Shown: one piece after another, positions 1-14,300 of the stretch
Position numbering within the stretch: the stretch's first letter is position 1
How the letters are laid out: each line of letters opens with the position of its first letter
Origin: Eledone cirrhosa
Lineage: Eukaryota
DNA: 64,000 nt
Assembly: GCA_964016885.1 (NCBI GenBank)
Contig: OZ024743.1
Location: forward strand, 70,618,001-70,682,000
Reading direction: 5' to 3'
The notes under the pieces: generated by a model
Database searches by the model: none
Told to the model about the DNA's origin: nothing
What the model saw: the letters and a program-made list of their open reading frames with translations, nothing else
Program-made: the position numbers and the translations under genes

Positions 1-867
1 GAAAGATACAGAGCCAGATAGACAATGACAGAGAGAGTGAGAGAGAGAGAGAAGGGAGAAAGGGAGTGGGGGACTACTGTCTTTATCCGGTGATAAATTT
101 AACAGTGATCTTTAGTAGAGATAACATATCAGGGTGAGGAGAGAAAAGAGAGAGAAAGAGACAGACAAACAAGCAGAGTGAGAGAGAGAGGGAGAGAGAG
201 AGAGAGAGAAAAAGAGAGAGGCAATTGTATTTATCCGGTGTTAAATCTTGCTATGATCTTTGTTAAAAGATATCATATCATTAATGTATGTTAATAACAA
301 GGAAATAATGTGGATGACAAATTACTTCTTATGTGGCTGCATGATTATCTGATTTTGTCTACACATACACACACACTCACTCCCTCACACACACACACAC
401 AGACACACACACACACACACACACACATACACAAGCACACACACACTCTTTTACTTACATATACACACACATATCCTCTTAGCTTCGTACGGACGTATAA
501 TAACACACACACACAAATATACACACACACGCACACAAACGCATTCGCATAAATATAGTTCTTTATAAAAGACGTTTTTTTTTCCATTTCAGGTAGACGC
601 GCTCCATCATCCATTTTTCTAAAAAATAAATCATACGCAAATATATACACATATATATATATATATATGCACGTTACATGTATGTATGTATCATGTTTAA
701 TATAGAAATGGATTTTACAGCGTAGAACAGTTTCTTTCAAAAGAAATCTTTTGATATCTTTTCCTTTCTATAATAAAAATGTAGTTAGTAACTTATGAAC
801 TGTGTTTACCCCCCGATTGAATCCGTGACTCAATAATATATATGTATAAATAATTAGTTATTATATA

Positions 868-904
<37 letters not shown>

Positions 905-1218
905 GTATATATATATTTATTTAGGTTTGTTGGTTCACCACTGGATAGAACTGGTCATTCCATCTGGTCAACCTCGATGTAATATTATGGAGAGCACTCG
1001 ACGTAATGCAACTCACCCGTCTTCGTTTGTGTAGTTGGTCGTGCGAGTACGGAGTTAATTATTATAAAATAACAGGAGGCTGGACTGGTGTAATTCCTTA
1101 AAAGATTTATTATACTGTGATAATTTCAATGAACGGGTTCAGTATGAATCCGGTGACATCATCAGGTATTCTAAATATAACAGAGGAATATAACAGACAA
1201 AATCCATGGGGCTGAAAA

Positions 1219-1275
<57 letters not shown>

Positions 1276-1322
1276 GAGAAAATGCGAAGTAGTTTCAGAT
1301 GTTAAAGTTCTGTATTGGTAAT

Positions 1323-1397
1323 GTTGTGATATATATTTCAATGACGCCTGTGTCCACACGATTCTGTGTAACCAGTGCAGTGACATCATCAGACAGC
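1323..1397 (-). ncRNA. Type I hammerhead ribozyme (minimal, palindromic stem III)
   Basis: Minus strand reads gctgt-CTGATGA-tgtca...tcatt-GAAA-tatata-TC-acaac. AUC triplet, imperfect stem I. A more degenerate paralogue lies at ~1112-1170. Confidence 0.6.
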
Positions 1398-1444
1398 TTC
1401 TTATATAATAAGGTTACCTACCCTAGAGTTTATCTCTCTCTCTC

Positions 1445-1500
<56 letters not shown>

Positions 1501-1524
1501 GAGAGAGAGATAAACACTCGGTTG

Positions 1525-1769
<245 letters not shown>

Positions 1770-1777
1770 TCTAGCCA

Positions 1778-1812
1778 CTAGCATAATACCCGTGGAAAAC
1801 GACGGGGTGTAT
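1778..1812 (-). mobile_element. Helitron-like 3' terminus
   Basis: Minus strand: cccgtcgttttccacggg hairpin, then tattatgCTAG|t. Confidence 0.45.
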
Positions 1813-2732
1813 TGAACAGAACCATAAAATGACGAGAGACTGTTCATATGAGCTTTAATATACATATGTGTGCGTGTGCGAGGTTTCACATTGCGGACTT
1901 CATTGATTACGACCGTTTCACAGATAGGTGGCTCATCAGACTTGCTAACTAAGCTAAGACAAAATGTCATCTCATTTTGGATTTGGTTGATTAAGAAATC
2001 TGATGAGCAGATCAGGTTGGAGTCGGGTCTATAGCATTAATATAGACCCTGAACCATTTGTGAAATGGCCATCACTGTATAATCAATAAAGACCTTAATG
2101 TGAAACCTCCTTTGTTTTTAATATATACATTCAGCCTTAGCATATAATACTGATTTTGGTACCCACCTCAGTAAACCACGAATCTACTGAACCGCCTATA
2201 TATATATGTATATATTTTAAAATAACAGATTAAAGTTTAAGCAAAGAATCGCTGCTTTCACCCTTAACGCGATCTTCTGAAACTACCATGGTCAATTGTA
2301 TGTAGGATGGTCTAGGGTGAGCTCGCCAAACAATCTCTTCATCTTTGCTGCCGAGGGCCGAACAAAAAGTATTGTATACTCTGAGGCTCTAACAATGTAA
2401 TTTATGTATTTTCTGTTACTTGGAATTTCCATTATGGTTGTACAAATTATTGTAAAGTTTGTTTAAAAATGTGTTCTGTGTTCAGCCTTTATTGTTGTAA
2501 CTATCAATTTTCTTTAACGTACTGGCTGCTGAACTGGGGAATCCTAAAAACTATTCAAACCCAACATCAGAGCACGTTAACCCAGATGAGATGTTTTTAA
2601 CCAGGTTATTGGTTATGTTTCTATTATGGTTAGAGCGGCGGTGGATGTAGTGAAGGTTGTCGTTTGGTTTCCTGTATGGGTAGTACATCTCCCTCCCTCC
2701 GCATATCTCGTTTGTCAGCTAATTAGCAGATA

Positions 2733-2903
2733 TTCGATGAATATGGGCCTTATTACAATCAGGCCCTCAAGCGAAGCGGCTTTCGGGAAGAAATCTCCTT
2801 TTACCCAGCTTCCCTTAGCGGAACCAACATGCGACGCCGCCACTCGCGCCATGTAACGTGGTTCAACCCTTCTCACAATGCGGAGGTTGCAACACCAATC
2901 TGG

Positions 2904-2908
<5 letters not shown>
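2733..2908 (+). pseudogene. Penelope-like element ORF fragment (RT-thumb/linker region)
   Basis: Translates as DEYGPYYNQALKRSGFREEISF and RHVTWFNPSHNAEVATPI. These match DEKAHYYNEALARAGYSDKI and RNIIWF..PFSLNIKTHI of the PLE at 51.1-52.0 kb. Confidence 0.7.
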
Positions 2909-2960
<52 letters not shown>

Positions 2961-2969
2961 CTCTCTCTT

Positions 2970-3023
<54 letters not shown>

Positions 3024-3199
3024 CATACATACTGGTGTTCACCTGTTTATGATAGGGCCAATGACGTTGCTAGATCTCCATGCAGTCTTGAAGAGATGAT
3101 TTCAACGAGATCAGGTGGTGAGAGCTATTGCATTTGTAGCAGACTTTCGTTACATAAGGTTCCACTGAAGATTCTAATCGACCTACAAAGTCATATATG

Positions 3200-3257
<58 letters not shown>

Positions 3258-3839
3258 CATATATATATATACATTTGTGTTTTGAACAATGAAGATATTA
3301 CAAAAGAAGAAGATAGGTTCTTAATTAGTTCATTGTTTTACAAATCGATATATTGATTAATAAAGAGTGGTTATACCACTACCTATTACTACTCTCGATA
3401 TCTTGGATCCATCTCACCGTCTTCCTCAGAAACAATCTCTTAAACATATCGATTTATCATGATCAATCGACGCTCTGAAACGATCGTAAAACAATTAACT
3501 AATTAAGGACGTATCTTGGCCTTTGGTTTTATTTTCATTGTTCATAACACACACATACACGCACACACACACATGCACACACACATACATGCACATACAC
3601 ACACAAATACACACACTACGCACACACACATACACACATATATGAGAAAAAATATTTTTTATCAAATAACTCATTCTCCATATTTACAACGATCGTGTTA
3701 TTTCCATATATTATAACGACATAACTACTCTCTCTCTCTTTCTCGCTCCCTCTTTCGCTCTCTCTCTCTCTCTCTCTCGTGCTCTCTCGCTCTCTCTCTC
3801 CCTCTCTCTCGTGCTCTCATTCTCTCTTTCTCTCTCTCC

Positions 3840-3873
<34 letters not shown>

Positions 3874-3989
3874 ATATATATATATATATATTGTTAATAA
3901 AATGAATATTAAAACTCTTCTTCGGCATTTTGTACTCTTTTCTTTCAGCCGTCGACCACACATGGATATATATATAGATATTGTTAAAC

Positions 3990-4270
3990 TTGGGGAGGGT
4001 CATATTGTTGTAATAATATTGCCAGAAATAATAACAGAACACACTCAATGTTTGGATGGTTTTCGCTTCTGTATCTTTTATATCTCCATAGTTAATTTAT
4101 TTGGCAATCAATGTTTATCATTGATTGACCAACGGTTAAAAATACAGATATAAATATATATAGTCTATCAAAGTTCTTTCGTTGCACATCTGCAACATCA
4201 TCAGTGCTACTATTATGTTTCCTCCTGTTGTATTGTATGTCTACGCCATTTTTATTTTTATTAATTAATT
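3990..4270. repeat. Unclassified interspersed repeat (family F)
   Basis: cttggggagggtcatattgttgtaataatattgccagaaataataac recurs at ~27730-27915 and ~37330-37510, each time next to (TA)n. Confidence 0.7.
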
Positions 4271-4403
4271 AATTTATTTATTCTTGTCACTGTCTCTGCG
4301 CATGCGTTTGCGCGTATGTATAATGTTTGGTGTGTGTGTTCGCGTTTGAGTGTATGTGTGTTTGTTTTCGTATTATATCTTTGTTCACTACTTTATATAT
4401 ATA

Positions 4404-4502
<99 letters not shown>

Positions 4503-4549
4503 TGAGATTCTACAGGACTAGTACCGTTTCATTCATTAGAAATCATCAG

Positions 4550-4598
4550 GATTCCTGATGATTTCTAATGAATGAAACAGTTCTAGTCCTGTAGAATC
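4550..4598 (+). ncRNA. Type I hammerhead ribozyme (family A), in a palindrome
   Basis: gattc-CTGATGA-tttctaatgaat-GAAA-cag-ttctagtc-ctg-TA-gaatc. GUA triplet. An inverted copy at ~4506-4552 forms a palindrome spanning ~4500-4605. Confidence 0.75.
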
Positions 4599-4681
4599 TC
4601 ATCTATATTAAAACTGTTATACTCTGCTATGTATTGAGTACCTTACTTACTGTGGTTACCTCCGATTCAACCCGGAATAAC

Positions 4682-4773
<92 letters not shown>

Positions 4774-4856
4774 ATATATATATGTATATATATATATGTG
4801 TGTGTGTGTATGCATAAGTGCATACTACACACTTAAGTACATACTTACAGAAATAA

Positions 4857-4926
<70 letters not shown>

Positions 4927-4984
4927 ACACACACACACAAACACACATACATACATACATACATGCATACAAACATACATACAT

Positions 4985-5300
4985 GGTGGCTACCAACTCG
5001 TTTTCGAGTACGGCCACTACTTTATATCCATGTAGGAGAACCCCTACCGATGCGCTGAACGAGTGTGACTTTTTAGTCCAGCCAGCGACTTGAAAACTCT
5101 GGTACAAACACTACACTTGTGACAATTATTGACACATAGTGCTGGGCCCATGGTACCATGTGAGGACAAGTGCAGAGAGATCTCCAGATATAAAGCAATG
5201 CCTGTGCCGTGAAGCTTTTATAGTGAGCAAAGGCACTGCACAAAGCCAGTCCCTCTCTCTTAACCAAGATGATATTTACCAAAAAGAAGAACAAGTCAAC
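4985..5300. repeat. Truncated copy of ~610-bp interspersed repeat (family E)
   Basis: Near-identical to the starts of 37814-38421 and 56277-56884. Confidence 0.85.
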
Positions 5301-5847
5301 ATACATACATACATACATACATACCTACATACATACATACCTACATACATACGTACATACATACATACATACATACATACATACATACATACATACATAC
5401 ATACATACATACATACATACATACACACCTGCATGTCTACATAAGTGTGTGTCTGCATAAATCTACAGATATGTGTCAAATGTGTAGTTATTGCCAGAAC
5501 TATTTCGAAATGAAGGCAGCAGCTCAATTCTATAAGACCAATTATTGTTGAATTCAGCCGCTGAAATCAATAATGCCCAGAGAAATCGATTATTCAAAGC
5601 AGTGAGAATAAAGTAGTATAGATACAGATATATACATGAGTGAACAAGGGAGTCTCAACACAGACGCTTGTCCTGTTAGAAATAACAGGCAAATCTTCCT
5701 CCTCAGTGTTTGTGAGCATGTGAGTGTGTGGGCAGGTGAGTGCGCGTGTATGTGTAGTGGTGGATGGTGTGGGTATATGTAAGGCGTTCGCTTTGAAGCC
5801 ACGTGTTTCTCTGTTCACACACACTGAAACCTTGAGCAAGTATCTTC

Positions 5848-6038
5848 TACTATAGCCTTTCATTGACCAACAACTTATGAGTGAAATTTGGTTGGTAGCT
5901 GGAAACTGCAGAAACCAATCATATATGCATATTATATAGCTTGGCAGGCTGTCTATTATATATATGATTTGTTTGTGCAGTTTCCAGCTACCAACCAAAT
6001 TTCACTCATAAGTTGTTGGTCAATGAAAGGCTATAGTA
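5848..6038. repeat. Palindrome made of a SINE fragment
   Basis: ctatagcctttcattgaccaacaacttatgagtgaaatttggttggtagctggaaactgca and its reverse complement flank a short spacer near 5940. Confidence 0.8.
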
Positions 6039-6092
6039 CATATATATATCAATAATATTAACAAATGCAATATATCTTTATAAAACCATATT

Positions 6093-6153
6093 TATTTTAT
6101 TATACGTATTTCAAGGGTACTAATATTTAAGTAAGCTTTCGTCAGATAAAATA
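6093..6153 (-). ncRNA. Type I hammerhead ribozyme (family B), left arm of palindrome
   Basis: Slightly diverged reverse complement of the 6168-6228 motif. Confidence 0.7.
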
Positions 6154-6167
6154 TAATAAATATAAAA

Positions 6168-6228
6168 TATTTTATCTGACGAAAGTGTACTTAATTATTA
6201 GTACCCTTGAAATACGTATAATAAAATA
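6168..6228 (+). ncRNA. Type I hammerhead ribozyme (family B)
   Basis: tattttat-CTGACGA-aagtgtact...agtaccctt-GAAA-tacgta-TA-ataaaata. 8-bp stem I, palindromic stem III ATACGTAT. Confidence 0.8.
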
Positions 6229-6368
6229 AATATGGGTTTATAAAGATATTTTCCATTTATTAATATTATTGATATTAATGATACTCCAGATAAAACATTG
6301 TTGAGTGCTTCTAATCTGTTGTAAAATTAACTTTGTTCAATAATCAACAAACCAAATAACTCATTGTT

Positions 6369-6422
<54 letters not shown>

Positions 6423-6603
6423 GATCAAACCAGTACTAAACTACTTAGACTATTATTCAACAGAGTACTTGGTACTTGGGATAGTAGAGTGTGACTATAT
6501 TAGAAAGAATCGAGGCACGACGGCTGAGCTCTTGCTATTTCTAGACAGTAACTAGCTGTTGAAACGGCTACAGCTCAGCCGTCGGGCACCACCTCTCTCT
6601 CTC

Positions 6604-6649
<46 letters not shown>

Positions 6650-6689
6650 ATGTATGTGTGCAAGAAAGCATGTACAATGTGTTTATGTA

Positions 6690-6872
6690 TAATTGTTTCT
6701 ACTTTTGGCAAAAGGCCAGCAAATACCCAGTGCATTACTGGTACTTTATTTTATTGACCCCGTAAGGATGAAAGGCAAAGTTAACCTCGGCGGGATTTGA
6801 ACTCAGGCTGTAAAGGGTCGTAACTCTATGCTGCAATGCATGGCGTCCGACCCTCTACCGATACTGCCAATC
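6690..6872 (-). mobile_element. tRNA-derived SINE (octopod-type)
   Basis: Reverse complement of the SINE at 58913-59102, including the B-box GAGTTCAAATCC. Confidence 0.8.
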
Positions 6873-7286
6873 TTCGAAAGTCTCGCTGTGAATTTTATTT
6901 TTTAATCTAAGATTATATCACTTCTATCTCAGCTGCGGTAAGAATGCCAATTATCATTCCCATTTAATTTCACAAACAGCATTTCAATCATGCCCATCCC
7001 CTCTGTCTTTATACAATGACTACATCGTTTAATGTTACCCTATTTCTAAGAAAGCAGGACATGACTTTTGTGGATTATTTAACAGCTAATTTTAGTTAAT
7101 TTTTTTTTGTTGTTCTCCGTCTCTGAGAATTTGGGTGTGACCCAGCGATCTATTTTTTGATTGGTTACAGTTGCTTCATTTGCTAATAATAGCAGATAAA
7201 TAACCTTCCGTCAAACCAATCCCTGAAGTCTTAAAATAGGAACAAATAAATTACAGTATCAATTATGAAACATGATATACTAAAAA

Positions 7287-7650
7287 CAAGTTTTTACCTC
7301 CGTATATGATGACATGTTCACCACTGGAATGTAATTTGATCAAATGTTATTTTAGTGTGACTTAAAGCAAGTTTTTTTATCTCCGTATTGGATGACTAAG
7401 ATTGGATGGTCACTATTGAATGTAATTCGGCCAAACCTTATTTTATTGTGACTTAAGGCAAGTTTTTACCTCCGCATATGAGTGACTGTGGCGGGATGGT
7501 CACCACTGGAATGTGATTCAGTCAACCGTTATTTTAGTGAGTCTCAAGGCAAGATATTTACCTCCCCAAAAGATGACTTGGACTGGGTGATCACCACTGG
7601 AATGTAATATGATCAAATGTTATTTTAGTGTGATATAAGGCAAGATTTTT
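7287..7650. repeat. ~90-bp minisatellite, ~4 diverged copies
   Basis: aagtttttacctccg...caccactggaatgtaat...ttattttagtg recurs at ~7288, 7370, 7460 and 7550. Confidence 0.75.
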
Positions 7651-7829
7651 TTAAAGTGATGTGGTGTTACAAATATCTTAATAATATGATTGTTTCGGGG
7701 GGGGGGGGTCTGTATAATGCACGTAGTTTGCCGCCAGATATTTGAAAATGAGGTCCTAACCTGGAAATAGAAAATATTTGGTAAAAGTATAAACTGTTGA
7801 TTTATCTTTTTTTTTATTATTCTATTATA

Positions 7830-7879
7830 AGTATGTATGTATACGTACATACATATATGTATACAGACGTACAGTAGCA

Positions 7880-7927
<48 letters not shown>

Positions 7928-8230
7928 TATACATACAGGTACACATATATATATATACGTATCAGTTTAGCGAACGTTTATTATAACGCCCGCTTTGTCC
8001 GTTTGTAAACAAGCGAACAGCCTGATTTATGCCATACGGTGTTAAGGCAACCACGTCACCTTTTTGTTCAACACTGACACAGGAACGATGTACTAGTTTC
8101 AAGCTTGTTAGCTATCATCAGCACCGTATACCCTTCTGCCAGATAGTTGAACGTTCGAAAGTATATACTTTCCTTATGAAAATTAACGGCAGTGCCGTAC
8201 TAAGAGTGAGAAATGAAATTTCGTTTCATT
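7830..8230 (-). mobile_element. Dispersed copy of the 472-bp HHR unit
   Basis: Homologous to the 62.55-64 kb repeat, with an intact HHR at 8086-8126 (-). Confidence 0.85.
8086..8126 (-). ncRNA. Minimal type I hammerhead ribozyme (472-bp family)
   Basis: cggtg-CTGATGA-tagctaacaagctt-GAAA-ctag-TA-catcg. Confidence 0.85.
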
Positions 8231-9034
8231 ATATTACAACTTATTCTATTATAGTTTTCATTCTTGTATTTCTACTTTATATCGTCCCGACTCTCTCAAT
8301 ACAATAATCTTAAATGTCACCTTGCTTCATATGAACTATATTACGTGAACAATTGATCATTTATTGGTGTCTCCGTAGAATTAGAAATGTTTGCAGTAAC
8401 AACAAAAAAGAAAAAGAAAGAAGAAATTTAAATAGAGAAAGTAAAAGAAAGTGGGATGAAGCTGCAAACTCTGCACCCCAGTCAAAGTGGTATATCTCAA
8501 CTGTCCACCTCTCATGGGACCAAAGTTTGTCGACCTCCTTGTGGTGAAACCTGGAAATTAATCACTGACCCCTGATCTCAATCAAGCGAATGATAAAAAC
8601 CTGAGACTAATCCATACGCAAGAAGAAAAAGAAGCTGCCCCCACCGATAAAATGGCGAATGCATTGCCGCGGAAAACAGCCAGCGATACCTGCTGCATCA
8701 TCCACTTCCCCTCATAAGATCTCGGTAGAATCTGGGTGAACAAGACTAGAATACCATGTTACCACTCATTCACTAAATGCCTCTGTCTTCTCATCTTGGG
8801 AGCCCACGTGCTGGCCGCCCCACGGCCCCGAGTATTTGATGTAGGCCATAGAAGGTAGGTTGGGTAAAACACTAGACTAGATCTTAATTTAGTATTTAAA
8901 TGTTTACTTCTATATGAAGCATACAACTGATATTACAATTTAGATCATATCCTCAACAAATAATATAAAGCATCCAACTAACTGAAAAACTTCCCTCATC
9001 AACACATTATATTTTAGACATACCAAGAGACAAT

Positions 9035-9565
9035 CATCATCACCGTTTTACGTCCGTTCTTCCACGCTAGCATGAGTTAGACGGGTTGTCCTGTTGTGGG
9101 CAGTGTCTGGTCGGCTGACCATGCCTTGCTCATACAGGAACTGATCTGGCTCGATTTCTACAGCTGGATGCCCTTCCTAACACCAACCTCATTTACAGTG
9201 AGTGCTGGGTGCTTTTTCGTGGCGCCTACACGTCCACTTTACAGTGTGGGCTGGGTGCTTTTTTGCCGTGGCACCTCCACGACCACCTTGCGGTGGGGGG
9301 AGTGGGGGCATATTGTTTATATGCTTCAGCATGTACCCATGGGAGGTCGGGTACCCTGTATTACTGCGTGACGCCAGAAGTCACGGTCGTGTGTCATTGT
9401 CTTTGAGAGGTGTAGTTGGGTAAGGTCGGCTTTTATCACCTCATCCCAAGTCATCTTGGGTCTCCCCACTCCGCGGTTTCCATCAACTTCTAGTGCTCTG
9501 CACCTTTTTATGCAGCTGTCATCTTTCATACGCATCACATGTCCATACCAGCGTAACCGCCTCAA
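9035..9565 (-). mobile_element. RTE-clade LINE 3' fragment
   Basis: ORF 9326-9565 reads RRLRWYGHVMRM...GNRGVGRPKMTWDEVIKADL, typical of RTE C-termini. The 3' end has a short (GAT)n tail. Confidence 0.75.
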
Positions 9566-10335
9566 TGTGTGAAATAATCAACTCGTTAGAGATAGCAGCC
9601 AAATTTCTATAAAGTCATACTTTACCATCTTATAAAATAGGATATATTGGACAATGTAGTCTTAGATATTCTATGTCTGAAAATAAGACAGGGTGGTATG
9701 GACACGACATTAAAGTATTTGATCATGTGTCTGCCTATTGGAAACTCGTCTGGGATTTAAACCACAACAATAACAACTTGCAGGAGTTGAAACTGAGCAT
9801 AAACTATATTGACTTCACCAGGGAAGTAGGGTCCTAGAAGAAATAAGGAAATTGACTCACATTCCTTGGATAAAATATAGTCATTTATTCTTTTACTTGT
9901 TTCCGTCATTAGACTATGGTCATGCTGAGGCATCACTTTAACCACGATTTTCAAATAAATTTGAAAATAATCAAGAATTTCATAGGATTTAGTAACATAA
10001 ATAACCTTTTCATTGTTAAGATGGTATTTGGAGCATAACTTGCAAAGATTCTTACATTAGATTATGATAGAAGTTTTTCTTTTTTTTTAGATAGATTAAA
10101 ATATTTTAAAACAAAGTTTCGTATCGTAAAACTAAGGGTGATTTCAGACAATCTTTGTGAAAATGGTTAAAGCCAATCATATTGACACCAGTGTGTATAT
10201 ATATATATTTTTTTTTTTTCGATCTTGTACTTATCTTATTGATTTACTTGTGTCGAGCCGCTAAATTTTGGAGCATAACACCAGACACAAACGTAAATTC
10301 AACTGCACAAGCACAGGCATAGATAGATAGATAGA

Positions 10336-11284
10336 TTTCTTTATTTGCCACAGGGGCATACAAAAATGGGACATTACAAGACGTGACGGCGGGGATTTTA
10401 CATAAAATATTTATCAATAATAATGGATAACAATAAAATATATACAAAATAAAACAATCGAAATCCCCAATAGGAGGGAAGGTTACTACGGGGTTGGTAG
10501 AACAACCCTCAACACCAGGAACACGTTTTGCAGGTGATCTCGTCTTCCCTCTGTTTGTCTTCCTCAACCTACAGGTTTATATACAGAGAAGGCCCATTCA
10601 GTCGGGCCATTTTCGCCACATTCACCCAACTTTCAGCGAATTTACTGGGGTATAGCACCTCTCTCTCCACTCTCACCTTCCTTCTGAAGTGGTACTTAAA
10701 GAAGAGAATGATTTGCTGTCCGGAGAGAAAACTATTTACCCTCAGTCTTTTTAACCTCGTCCAGCATATTACCTCTTTCGAAATAGCCACTAGACAGAGG
10801 AAAACCACCTCTCCTTCATTCTTAAATGAAGGCGGCGAGGTGATCCTCACGATGGACTCGGCTGACAACTGGATACGTCCGACACGTGACAGTAGCTGTT
10901 CGACATAATTCCACAGGCCGATCACCCTTGGGCACTGAACAATTGCATGCAGAACGGTTTAGATGTCCTGCTCGCATCTTGGGCAGGTTCTTTTGGCAGG
11001 ATCCTTGCCAGGGCATCCGTGCCTGCAGATTTTGTCTCGAACTGGTAGAGCTCCTCAGTAGCACTGCCAGGCCAGAGATCTCTGGAAGTTATCCATAGGC
11101 CCTGGACGGAAAGTCCTCCTAAACAGACTGGTCAGTTCGTCTTCCTCGATGCCTAGAGTTTCCTCGAGAACGTCGTCCCACTTATCCTCCACTAATCCCC
11201 TATGTTGAATTGGAGACTCCGCTGATTGCCGTTTCCGCTTGGTAGTGGGCTGTGAGCGCCTGACGGCAGTCGAGGTGCCAGATT

Positions 11285-11285
<1 letters not shown>
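10336..11285 (-). mobile_element. 5'-truncated Tx1/L1-type LINE (second, diverged family)
   Basis: Frameshifted peptides (FRRTFRPGPMDNFQRSLAWQCY; FFKYHFRRKVRVEREVL) are paralogous to the C-terminus of the 11341-15442 element. Bounded by (GATA)n. Confidence 0.85.
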
Positions 11286-11340
<55 letters not shown>

Positions 11341-14300
11341 TGTTTCCTTATTAGCCACAGGGGCACAACAGAAGGGGACAAATACAAAGGGGGAAGTTTA
11401 CATACAATAAAAACGTGTAAAATATTATCACAAATGCAATTTAAAAATTAGTCGATGTTCTCCAATAGGGGAAGGACATTTCATATGGGTAACACATACC
11501 CCCGAAAGAAAATGTACAACCCTCATCTCCAGGATTACGAAGATTTTGTACTCCCTTCCTCTTCTCCTCTTTTTCATCAACCTACAGGCTGATATAGAGA
11601 GACGGCCCATTCACTCGGGCCATTATCGCCACTTTCACCCACCTTTCATAAAACTTGCTGGGGTACAGCACTTCTCTCTCCATCCTGATTCTTCTTCCAA
11701 AGTGGTATTTGAAAAAAAGAATCAGTTGTTGGCTGGAGAGAAAGGTGTCTGACCTCAGCCCTTTCAACCTTGTCCACCATACAACATCTTTCGCCATAGC
11801 TATCACACAAAGGAAAACCGCATCTCTTTCGTTTTTGAAGGAGGGTGGCGGTTTGATCATGACAATGGACTCGGTGGTCAACCGGATTGGTCCCATACCG
11901 CGACAATAGTCGTTCTACATAGCCTCATATGTCGATGACGCCTGGGCAGTCTATGAATGCGTGCGCGACGGTTTCTTCGTCTCGCACGCACCTCGGACAG
12001 ATCTTTTTTGCAGGGTCCCTGCCCGGTCGCCCATGACTGTTGAGCTTGTCTCGAACTAGTAGAGCTCCTCGGTAGCACTGCCAGGCCAGGGACTTTTGGA
12101 AGTTATCCATTGGTCCCGGGCGGAAGGTCCTACCGAACAGACTGGCCAGTTCGTCTTCCTCTACGCCTAGAGTTTCACCGAGCACGTCGTCGCACTTGCT
12201 GCGGATCAACCCTCTATATAATGACGAAGTAGAGTATCCACTGATCGCCGGGTCCGCCTGCCAGAGGGCTGTGAGCGCCTGAGCACATTCGATGTGCCAG
12301 TCGCCCATTTTCCTCGGTCTTTGCTTGACCCAGGACTGCAGCTCGGTCAGCGAGACGAGTCGTGGGAAGGCTCGCCTCGCGAACGGGGCCCACACCGGTT
12401 GTCCGGTGAGGAATACGTAGAGATGCCGCAGCCTGAGCGCGTGTTTGCGCATCGTCAGAAATAGAAACCTGAGAACCTTTCGTATTCCTTCAGTAAGGTG
12501 CCGACTTCCTCGATTTGCGAGGCGCTAGACCCCATTACTGTCACGTCGTCGGCGTAGGCCAACGCCGCTTTCCGCAGTCCCGGTTCCAGAGGGATGCCCT
12601 GCAATAGCTCCAACTTCCGCAGTAGTGGCTCGAGTGTCAAATCGTACAGAAGGGAGGAGAGAGGGCATCCCTGTCGAATGGATCGCGTGATATGGAACGG
12701 CTCCGAGAGGTAGCCGTTTACCTTAACCCTTGAGCAGATGTTGCTATTATGCATTGCAGCAATCCAGCGCCTGAACACGGGTCCGAAGCCTGCCGCCTCG
12801 AGCACCGCATCCAGGTAACGATGGTCAACCCTATCGAAAGCCTTAGACTGATCCAAGTTGATCAGGGCCCCACCGAAGCCGGGTTTACACCCTACCCTCT
12901 CTATGATGTATCGCATGAGGTGGAGGTTGTCGTGTATTGACCTAGTCGGGATTGCGCACGTCTGCGCTTCTCCCACCAGGTTCTCGACGACAAGCGCCAG
13001 CCTCTTTGCCAACACCTTGGCCAAAATCTGTAACTCTGTGTTTAGCAGAGTTATAGGCCGGAAGTTGCCTATGTCATCCCCCTTATTCTCGTCCTTCCTG
13101 ACTAGTGTGACTACGCCCCCGGTCACAGAACTGGGAATTCTCCCGTTCTGTTGCCATTTGCAGTAGACGCTTCCAGGAGAGCGGAGAATAAGTCCGGCAT
13201 TGCTACGTAAAATTCGTACGGTAGACCATCGAGACCTGGAGATTTGCGTTTGCCGCATTGGCTCAGTGCGTCCCCTATCTCAGCGGCTGAAATCGCTTTT
13301 CGCAGAACTTTGCCTGGCTGTCCGAGGGTCACGGTAGGCCGTCGAGGTATGGACCGAAATCGATAGCCCCTCCCGGCGCGCCGCCCTGCCCGAACAGCTG
13401 AGCAAAGTGCTGCTGAAAGGCCGCACACATCTACTTCGGCTCACGTAACACGCGTCCGTTTTGGTCCTTCAAAGACCGATTCGTGGACTTGTTGCCACTT
13501 TTTGCCTCCGTCACTAAGGCCCAGCTAACAGCTTTGGCTCGCTCCCTCGTTTCCCAGAGCACGTATTTTGCTTCTGACAACGCACCCCTCATGCTTTGCG
13601 TCGAAGAACTGGTCCAAGGCCGTTCTTGTTGCTAGCACGCTGGCTACGTTTCCACTTATAATGCCTCTTCTACTTTATCTACCAGTTCTTTCTCGGTTCT
13701 ATTTCTATCTAACGCTAATTCTTTACTAAAAACTAACGAGTCTAATCTAACTGCCCTCTTGAGAGAGTACCACCATCTGTTGTTGACAATGGCCCCTGTC
13801 AAGTGCTGTTTAACTAAAGGGCTAATCCGTCTACTGTAGGCTTTGCATGTCGGTAACGACAAGTTCAGCTTCCAGTAGCCGGGTCCTTTTCTATGGGTTC
13901 TATCAAGGTTGACCATGCAGGTCACTAGTTTGTGATCTGAATAGGCAACCATGAACATTTGGGGACAGCTTAACATGTCCCTATCCTTATTTCTAATTAG
14001 AACCCTATCTAGGTACGATCTAGATGTTGCGCTGGGATTAGTCCACGTCCACAGTGGCACCGTCGGAAAATCTAGTCGATATCTATCGGCCAGGTCAAAT
14101 CGGCCGATTAACTGTTTGAGGATGTTACACCCCCCTTTATCGGGACATGCTCCCACAGAGTCCCAACGTGCATCTAGGATTCCATTCCAGTCCCCCACTA
14201 AAAGCAAGGAGCGGCACGTTCCCAGAAAAGTCTCTAGACGTTTGAAGAAGTCTGGCCGCGGTGTCCCGGATGGGGCATATGCGGCCACCAGCTTGAAGCC

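Noticed and set aside
1905-1948. Minus-strand CTGATGA...GAAAcggtcgTA
   Set aside because: Stems I and II are too weak; at best a decayed HHR.
7287-7650. Regular repeats considered as a CRISPR-like array
   Set aside because: Eukaryotic context; whole units are homologous, with no unique spacers and no cas genes.
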